DNA of 64,000 bases from the human T2T-CHM13v2.0 reference genome, Homo sapiens, in assembly GCF_009914755.1 (NCBI RefSeq), contig NC_060942.1; one strand, given 5' to 3'. Both the position numbers and the translations under genes were made by a program. The notes under the pieces are model-generated. The model was not told where the DNA came from. It did no database searches and saw only the letters and a program-made list of their open reading frames with translations. Shown here in pieces: positions 54,552-64,000 of the stretch. The stretch's first letter is position 1. The number at the start of each line of letters is the position of its first letter.

Positions 54552-56891
54552 TGCACCAATCTATTAACTACCAATGTTCCTCCTGCATCCCTCCAGAGTC
54601 CACCTTCTCATCTCAGCTTCACTATCACTTCTTGGACTCTGGCTCTTCTCTCCTCTAACACATCTTGATGAGAGATATTCCTCTGTCTCCAGAGCGTTCC
54701 AGTTGTATGCCTCATTCCTCCTCCAGCAGCCATAACAGTCAACTGAATCCTTAGACCCAGTTAGCCCCATAGAATAACTCATCAAAAGTAATGAAGCTGT
54801 TCTGAGAATTCTCCATAGTACCAGCTTCAGAGAACAGAAGCTTCAAGAGAAGAAAATGGCCCAACGCCACCATACCACTGAGCTGAATATTCAGAAGTGT
54901 GACTTCGGCTGATTACAGCCCTTTCCTGTAAGAGCTAATCTGCCCATTCCTCATGTTGCTTGATTGTAAATCATGATATGAGCCAATAATCCACGAGTAT
55001 TCTTTTTTATTAATAGTATAACCATTTAAATCTATACAAAATTCTGGAAATGTCACTATAGTTACAACTCACAAGTTTTAATGTTTAGTATTTGTATTAT
55101 TGTAAACTTTTTTTGCCTCCCATATTTAAATTAGTTTACTGGGGCCTAATAATTTAAGTGTCTATTTTGATGATTTTTGGCTAATGCACATCATCATAGA
55201 GCCCAACCACACTCCAGATACTGACCATTTCCTCCACCCAGACATGTTCCTCATTTCCTGTCACTGTCGTCCCTCCCCGCCATCTCCACTGCCACTTGTT
55301 TTACGCAAGCTCTGATGAACTTTTAGGTCACTACAGTTTTGCCTTTTCCACAGTTTTCTATCAATGGAATCACACAGTATATGCTGCTTAGTGTGACGCT
55401 TCTCAGACTTCTCATGTTGCGTGCCATCAGTAGCTCATTTGTTTTTACAGCTGAGTGTTTCTCCATGTTACGACTTTACTGTATTTTATCTACCCATTCT
55501 CCAGTTGACAGCCATTTGGGTCATTTCCAGTTTTGATTATAATAAATTATGCTGGTGTGAATACATCCAAGTCTTAGTATGAATGTACACATTCTCATGC
55601 GTAAAAGCCTAGAATCAGAATTGCTGAATCACAAGGTAAGTATGCATTTAACTATAAAATGAACTGCAAAAACTGCTTTCCAAAGTGGCGCCACCATTTT
55701 CCCACAAGCAATGTATGAGTTACGGTTGCTTCACATTCTTTCTCACACTTGGGATTGTACGTTTTGTGTTTTAAGTTCTAGCTATTCTAGGGAGTACCTA
55801 GTGGTTCTAATATTCATTTTCCTGAAAACTAGTAATACTGACCAACTTCTCACATTATTGGTCATTTACATAACTTCTTTTGTGAAATGTCTCTTGAAAT
55901 CCTCTAATATTTTTTAAAAGCATGTGTCTTTTTTGAGTTGTGACTTTGTTTTTTTAAATATATGTTCTTGATAATAGTCATTCTTCAGATATGTGTTGGG
56001 TAAGTACTCTGAGAGTTGCCTTTTCATTTTCTTAAAGAAAAAATTTTAAATTTCAGTAAAGTCTAATTCATCTATTTATTTCATGGTTCATTTGGCAGGA
56101 GCTGGGGGCTCAATTTAAGAAATTGTCTACTCAAGGTCACGAGAATTGTCTTGTGTTTCCTTCTGAAAACTTCATGCCTCTTATATGTAGTCTATGATAC
56201 ACTTTGAGTTAAGAGTTGTGAATTATGTGAGATGGAGTCTAAGTAAGTTTTGCTTTTGTCCCCCTTTTTTTTAAAATCATTCACATATTCAACAGCTTCA
56301 GACCAAGTCTTTGAAAAGAATCTGCTTTCACCATTGAATTACCTCGGAGCCCTTGTCAAAAATCAATTGAACATATATGTGTGGGTCTATTTCCAACTCT
56401 ATTTTCTAATATTGTAACATGTTCATGTAGGCAGAAAATCCTTTAGCCGATACCACAATGTCTTGGTTGCTGTAGCTTTATAATAAGCCTTGAAATCAAA
56501 AAGTATATAATTTCCAACTTTTTCTTTTTAAAATATTTTTGGTTTTTCTAGGTCCTTTGATTCCATATAAATGTTGGTGCCCATCCCTTGACAATTGCTA
56601 CAAAAACTTGCTGCACCCGGGGAAAATTACTACCTTAGCTACCATGTCTTACAATACATAAAATGATATATTTCTCCATTTATTTAGGTCTTTAACTTCT
56701 CTCAACAAAATTTTGTAGTTTTCAGTGAATAAGATGTATACTTTTCACTCGTCTTTTCTTAAGTTTATTCAAAGGAATTTTATTTGTGCTTTTGTAAACA
56801 GACTTGCTTTGAAAACTGAGTTGTTCCTCATTTCAACATCCAATAGGTGTTTTCCTAACTGATATATAGAAAGGCAATGGCATTTTTTTTT

Positions 56892-57303
<412 letters not shown>

Positions 57304-58397
57304 CTACATTAACATGTTAACTACAAAAAAAGTTAATTTTGCTCATTTCTGATCTGTATTCTCTTTGCTTTGTTTTCTGACCTTACAGAAATCCCAGTGC
57401 AATGTTGAAAGGGCATTCTGGCTTGTCCCTAATCTCAAGTACAATGTATTCAGTCTTTTACCATTAAGTGTGATGTTGGTTGTAGATTTTTCATATCTGT
57501 CTCTTATCAGGTTGAGAAAGTTATCTTTTATTTCTAGGCTGCTAAGAGTTTTTGCTGTTTTGAGTCAAATTACACGAAATGCTTTTTTTACCCCAATTGA
57601 GAAAAATCCTACTTATTCTCCCTGATTGTTAATATGTAATATTATGATTTGTCAATGTTAATATGAAATATATGGATTTGTCAGCTATTAAATAATCTTG
57701 CATTCCTGAGATAAAACCCAGTTGTTTGTAACTTGTTTTGTATATTGTATCATTTTCTTTGAAAATATGTTAAGGATTTTTGCGTTTATGTTCATGCGGG
57801 ACATTTCTTTCTATTCTTTTAATTCTTTGGCTTTGGTGTGAGAGTAATACTGGCCTTGTAAGGTGAGTTGAGAAGGGTTATTTTGCCTCAATTTTATGCA
57901 ACTGCTTTTATGGCTTTAGTATTTTCTTTTTCCTCCTAAAATATTTGATAGAATTAACCAATGAAGCCAGCTGAGTCTGGACATTTCTATTTGTGAATAT
58001 TTTAAATTATGAATTCAATTTCTTTCATTGATACGGGACAGTTCAGTTGTCTGTTTCTTAAGTCAGTTTTGGTAAATGTGGTTTCTTTAAAAATATGACT
58101 ATTTCATTTAAGTTGTCATGATATTTTCTTTTCTTTTACTATCTATAGAAACTGGAAGGATGTCCACTCTTTTACTCCTGATATTGGAATTTCCTTCGGT
58201 TTAATATGTTTTATTTACCTTCTTAGATGGAAATTTAGATATTTTATGCTTTTCTTCCTTATAGCAATATTCCTTAAAGCAATAAATGAACTCTCTAATA
58301 CTATTTTAGCTACATCTCACAACTTTTGATATGCTGTACTTTGTTATTGAATTCAAAATATTTTCTAGTTTCCCTTTTGATTTCTTCTTTGGCCAGT

Positions 58398-58532
58398 AAA
58401 TTTTTTGTATTTTTAGCAGAGACAGAGTTTCACCATGTTAGCCAGGATGGTCTCGATCTCTGAATCTCATTACCCACCCACCCCAGCCTCCCAAAGTGCT
58501 GGGATTACAGGCGTGAGCCACCACACCCAGCC
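58398..58532 (-). mobile_element. Alu left arm only
   Basis: ttttttgtatttttagcagagac...gttagccaggatggtctcgatc...ggcgtgagccaccacacccagcc. Confidence 0.9.
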
Positions 58533-59538
58533 TCGGTATATAGTTTATCTTGATGAATATTCATGTGCACTGGAAAAGAACATGTGTTTTTTTGTTGCTG
58601 GGTGGAGGATTCTAGCTGTGTTATTTAGATCACGTTGTTTGGTAGTGTTATTCAAGTCTCTATGTTTATTGATTGTCTACTTTCATCAATTAGAAAGGAG
58701 TAGTGAAATTTCCCACTATAATTGGTCCTTTTTCCATTTCTTCCTTTAGTTTTGACAGTTTTGTTTAATATATTTTGGACTCCATTATAACACACACATA
58801 TATTTTTAAGTGTTACCTCTTCCTGCTAAATTAAATATCATTATAAAAATCTCTGTAGCAAAACTCCTTACCATCTATTTTTAATAATATAATTTTTCTT
58901 TGTTATACTTACCGTTTTCATATCTTTTTTCAGTATTTTTACTTTCAACCTATTTGCCTCTTTGTATTATTCACACTACATTTATTATAAATAGCATAAA
59001 GTTGGATATGGTTGCTCTTTGTCCTGTCTGATAATCTGGCTTTATTTGAAGGTGACGTATGTAATATAACTAAGAGGTAATACTATTTTCTAATCCTGAA
59101 CTAGTCTCATGGACACTAAAGCAATATTCCATTATGCACATATTAATTTCCTTTCCCTCAGTAATCATTTGCTTTATTTCCACTTATTAAATTTACCTAT
59201 GCCCCTCCTCAATATACAACTATTAGGCACAACAAAAGGATTAGCCCATAAAGCTAGTAGCAATATAAATCAAACCTATACTTTCCTTTTCATTCATTCC
59301 CAATGACTCCGGGAAAGATTGGATAAATATAAGCATATAGGATTATCTCATCTGCTAAGCAGATAGGAGCCTAAAGATGTTTAAATGAGAAAGGAAAAGT
59401 TGACAATGATTATGCCCTTTGGAACTTAGCCAATTATATTCAAAGGCATTGCCATTTTGTCTTGTTTAGCAATAGAAATTCTAGAAGCAATCTGGGACCC
59501 ATTTTATGAGGTCAAGTGAAGAAACAGAAAATTTTTTA

Positions 59539-61025
59539 GGGGGGGCTTCAAGATGGCTACATAGAGACATCTCGCACCTCGTCCACAAAGAAGAACTTAA
59601 ATATTGAGTAGGTAATCAAACTTCGAATAGACAATCCAAGAGAGAACACTAGAATTCAAAGAGAGAAGTGACAGGAAACACCTAAATGAAGGAGAGGGAT
59701 CCGGAGTCTACTCGACCAGGATTGGCTGGGAGCCTGGAGAGACTCCCCAAAGCGGAAAAGGGAAAAGAGATACTCAGTGGTCCACATTCCCATCGGGTAC
59801 TCCTGCAATCCTAGCCATGCTAAAGTTCCTCAGCCCTCGTGGGCCATGAAACTAACAGAGTGAGGTTCCTGAAGACTATACAATGACATTGCTCCAGAGA
59901 GAGAGGTAACACTGGGTTTCACACCCCCAAACCCTAAGCAGCTACAGTACAGTGTCATTGAGAGCCTGGTCCATGATAAACTGTACCCTGCCATAGGGCT
60001 CAACAGCCCCTGCATCTCCACATCCCTGGAGGCCCACTGATTTCCCCTGCCTACAACTAACACTGCAGTTTGCTGCTACTACTTGGGCTGAAGCATCATG
60101 TGCCACCAGACACAATCTTGTAGATTTGAGAAGTGGAAACACCATGTATTTTCACATGTCTGGACAAAGTCCCCCTGCCTGCAGCTGCCATCACTGTGCT
60201 GCCAGGGCTGAAGCACGAGTGATGTGCAGGCTGCTGCCGCCAGGGCAGAAATACAAGCCAAGTGTGGGCTGATGCCACTGGGACTAAATCACAAGCAAAG
60301 CACCTGTTCCTACTCAGCCTGCATATGGCTACCACTGAAACCAACCCCACCCTCACAGGTAGTAGGGACATTATGCAACTGTTGCTGCCCCTAACCCAAG
60401 CATTTCTTCAGAGACCTGGGGATAATCCCACCCTGCCTCACACAGCCAGCACCAGTATGCCCCATCGCGGGGGGTGAGGGGGAGGCGGGGAGGCAAGAGG
60501 ATAATTCCACCTAGCCCAGTTTCAACCCCTACTCATGTAAAGCATGCAGTACAGGGTCCTTGGTATCGCCCATCCCAGTCCAACACCATTGGCACCTAGG
60601 CACTACTCCCCGGGGCCCGGGGGCCAACTCACCCTGTCACCACTACTACAGATAGTATCACATGCACATGCCACCTATTGGCCTGGAGACTGCCCTACCT
60701 TAGCCCATTGGAGCTACCGGCAATACTAGCATGTACTTCTCTAGACCCAGATGGTTGCTACTGCCACTGCCCCACCACACCTTTTGCCCAGTGGTCCAAG
60801 AACCCACCCACCTCAACCACCACTACTCCTCCTGGCACCTAAGTAAGCCACTTGTAGGCTCAAAAATTGACCCATCTGGACGCACTAATGCCAGTGCACA
60901 CCACACTGTGTACACTGGCCCAGCACAAGCATGCTCAGCTCACTGCTACAACAATGGCCCAAATGGCTGGCTCACATGGCGTTTCAGTCCTCAGCAAAAC
61001 TTCACCACAATCTCCACTAATAACT
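59539..61025 (+). mobile_element. L1 5' UTR (L1M1/L1MA-like) with a terminal YY1-type motif
   Basis: Starts gggggggcttcAAGATGGC; agagagaacactagaattca...gagaagtgacaggaaacac; GC-rich UTR body. Confidence 0.75.
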
Positions 61026-61291
61026 TCACACAGTTTTCCACAATGGCTGAAATAATCTACACTCGCTCCTAGTGTATAAATGTTCCTTTTTCTCCACAAC
61101 CTTGGCAGCATCTGTTACTTTTTGACTTTTTAATAACAGCCATTCTGGTTGGTGTTAGATGGTCTCTCACTGTGGCTTTGATTTGTATTTATCTAATGAT
61201 CAGTGATGTTGAGCTTTTTTTCTTATGATTGTTCGCTACATGTATGTCTTCTTTTGACTAGTGAATGTCCCTGCCCTTTGCCCATTTTTTT
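61026..61291 (-). mobile_element. Inverted L1P ORF2 3' fragment
   Basis: ttttccacaatggctgaaataat...gactttttaataacagccattctg...atgatcagtgatgttgagc...tttgcccattttt. Confidence 0.9.
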
Positions 61292-61840
61292 GAGAATACT
61301 TAAAAATAATACGAAAGAATCGGAAAAAGAAATTCAAGATATGAATGAAAAATTTTTTAAAAGAATAAAAAAACAAATTCTGGAACTGAAGAGTGCATTC
61401 AAATGAAATACAAAACACATTTTAAAGCTTCATCAATAGTATAGATGAAGCAGAAGAAAGAAACGAAGAACTTGAAGACAGATCTTTTGAAATAACCTGG
61501 TCAAACTTTACAAGGCAAAAGAGATAGGGGGACCTATTTTTACCATTCTCAAGGAAAAGAAATTTCCAACAAGAATTTCATATCCCACCAAATGAAGCTT
61601 CACAAGCAAAGGAGAAATAAAACTTTTTCCAGACAGACAGTAACTGAGGGAATTTGCTACTTAGACCAGCCTTACAAGAGATCCTTAGAAGAGTTCTCAC
61701 ATGGACATGAAAGAACAGTATCTGCCACCATAAAAACACCCTAAGAACATAGCCCACAGACCCTATAAAGCAACCATACAGTGGAAACTCAAAGGAATCA
61801 ATTAACAATCTCACAGTATCATCAAAACATCACCTACCAC

Positions 61841-63005
61841 TGTGTCCGGAATTGGTGGGTTCTTGGTCTCCCGGACTTCAAGAACACGCTGCAGACCCTC
61901 ACAGTGAGTGTTACAGTTCTTAAAGATGGTGGGTCCGGAGTTTGCTCCCTCTGATGTTCAGATATATCCCGAATTTTTTCCTTCTGGTGGGTTCCTGGTC
62001 TCGTGGGCTTCAGGAGTGAAGCTGCAGACCTTCACAGTGAGTGTTACAGCTCATAAAGGCAGCCAGGACCCAATCAATGAACAGCAGCAAATATTATTGG
62101 GAAGAACAAAAAGAACTAACCGTCCACACCACACAAACCCACCGCAGCCGGTTGCGACACACAGCTGGGGCAGCCTGCTTTTATTCCCTCATCTGACACC
62201 ACCCACATCCTGCTGATTGGTCCATTTTACAGAGAGCTGATTGGCCCATTTTACAGAGAGCTGATTGGTCCGTTTTGACAGGGTGCCGATTGGTGCATTT
62301 ACAAACCTTGAGCTAGACCCAGAGTGCTGATTGGTGCATTTACAATCCTTTAGCGAGACATAAATGTTCTCCAAGTCCCCACCTCACTCAGAAGCCTACC
62401 TGGCTTCACCTAGTGAATCCTGCGTGACAGTCCTGCACCTGCACTCTTCAGTCCTTGGGCAATGGATGGCACCTGGCGCCCTCGGAGCAGGGGGCGGCGC
62501 CTGTTGGGAAGGCTTGGGCTGCAGGGGAGCCCACCGCAGGGAGGGTGGCTCGGGCATGGTGGGCTGCAGGTCCCCAGCCGTGTCCCACGGGGAGGTGGTT
62601 GAGGCCCGGCGAGAATTCGAGTGTGGCAAGCGTGGTGCAGACCGGCCAGCAGCGTTGGTGGATCCGACGCACCCTTTGCAGCTGCTGGCCCGGGTGCTAA
62701 GCCCCTCATTGTCCGGGCTGGGCAGCGCCAGCCGGCCTCTCCGAGTGCGGGGTCCACCAAGCCCGCGCCCATCCAGAACTCGTGCTGGCTCGGAAACGCT
62801 GTGCGCAGTCATGGTTCTCTCCGGCGCCTCTCCCTCCGCACCTGCCTGCAAGCAGAGGGAGCCGGCTCCGGCCTCGTCCAGTCCCAGAGGGGTCCCACAG
62901 GCAGCGGCAGGCTGAAGGACTCCTCAAACTCCGCCAAAGCAGACGCCGCGAGGCCAAGGAAGCGCTGAGAGCCAGCGAGGGCTGCTAGCATGTTGTCACC
63001 TCTCA
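61841..63005 (-). mobile_element. LTR12 (ERV9) solo LTR
   Basis: Termini tgtgtccggaattggtggg and tgttgtcacctctca; five gattgg-containing repeats at 62216-62334; near 4-bp TSD ccac/ccaa. Confidence 0.96.
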
Positions 63006-63534
63006 CCAATATTAACCTTAAATGAAAATAGTCTAAATGCTCCTACTTAAAAGGTGCAGGGTGGCAAGTTGGACCAAGAAAACACACAACTGTCTGCTGT
63101 CTTCTAGAGACCCATTCCACATATAACGATACCTATAGGCTCAAAAGTTAAGAGCTGGAGAAAAATCTATTATGCAGATGGGTAACAAAAAAGAGCAGGG
63201 ATTACAATTCCTATATCAAATAAAACACAAATGAAACCAACAACAATAAATAGGTACAAAAAAAGGCACAAAGAGTTCAATTCAATGAGAACACTTAACT
63301 ACCCTAAATATATATGCACCCAATATTGGAGCACTCACATTCATTAAACAAGTATTTCTAGACCTATGAAAAGACAAAGAAAGCCACACAGTAATAGTGG
63401 GAGACTTCAGCACCCCAGTGACGATTTTAAACAGATCGTTTAGGCAGAAAACTAACAAATCTGGAATTAAATTAGACACATGAGCAACTGGGCCTAATAC
63501 GCATCTATAGAATATCAAACACAACATATAATCA

Positions 63535-63578
63535 TATTTATATATTTTATATATATATTTTATATATATATATAGAGA
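63535..63578. repeat. (TA)n-rich simple repeat inside L1 ORF2
   Basis: tatttatatattttatatatatattttatatatatatatagagaga. Confidence 0.85.
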
Positions 63579-64000
63579 GATGCCTCTCAGCTGCACATAG
63601 AACATACTCTAAGATCAACCACATGCTTGGCCATGAAGCAAGTCTCAATAAATTTTAAAAAGTCAAAATCATACCCACCATAATCTCATACCTGGGGTGG
63701 CATAAAAATAGAAATCAATACCAATAAGAACTCTCAAAACCACACAATCATATGGAAATTAAACAACTTGTTCATGAATAACTTTTGGATAAACAATGAA
63801 ATGAAGGCAGAAGTAAAAAATTATTTGAAACAAATGAAAACAGAGACACAACATACCAAAATATCTGGGATGCAGCAAAAGTAGTTAAAGAGGAAAGTTT
63901 ACATCACTAAACGCCTACCTCAAAAAGTTAGAAAGATCTCAAATTAACGATCTAACATCATACCTAGAGGAATTTAAAAAACAAGAGCAAATTAACCCCA

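Larger units (their letters stand above)
61292..64000 (+). mobile_element. L1 ORF1 remnants and ORF2 endonuclease region (L1PA15-16/L1PB-like after ~61507), split by LTR12; runs off the window
   Basis: gcagaagaaagaa...gaacttgaagacag, aagaatttcatatcc, aatatatatgcacccaat (NIYAPN), atagtgggagacttc (IVGDF); multiple stops. Confidence 0.9.

Noticed and set aside
60469-60493. G-rich run as a possible G-quadruplex
   Set aside because: Only three clearly separated runs of three or more G; lies inside an L1 UTR
62211-62345. Regularly spaced short repeats that superficially resemble a CRISPR array
   Set aside because: These are the known LTR12 CCAAT tandem repeats; no unique spacers, no cas genes, primate context
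62364-63009. Cluster of overlapping ORFs up to 183 aa
   Set aside because: All lie in the GC-rich U3 of LTR12, where stop codons are scarce

Overview
Repeat-dense primate genomic DNA, catarrhine and most likely human or another ape, judged from AluY, L1PA and LTR12. It reads as intergenic or deep intronic. I recognise no protein-coding gene, RNA gene or CRISPR-like array. The ORF track is explained by Alu, L1, LTR and low-complexity sequence, apart from a fossil ERVL reverse transcriptase/RNase H remnant (~31.5-32.4 kb). Well-supported items: about 14 Alu copies (many with target-site duplications), L1 fragments of several ages, MaLR/ERVL/ERV1 LTRs, an internally deleted MST provirus with intact termini, a near-full-length Tigger1 carrying two L1PA insertions, and an LTR12 solo LTR inside a mosaic L1. 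I found no convincing new biological system. The best leads are a leftward-facing LTR12 promoter with candidate minus-strand exons, a 175/177-bp tandem duplication carrying a mini-exon-like cassette, a CpG-retaining GC-rich block at 8.3-10.1 kb, and a few small duplications and palindromes. Repeat subfamily names come from recalled consensus motifs and need RepeatMasker/Dfam confirmation. Boundaries of old repeats are approximate.
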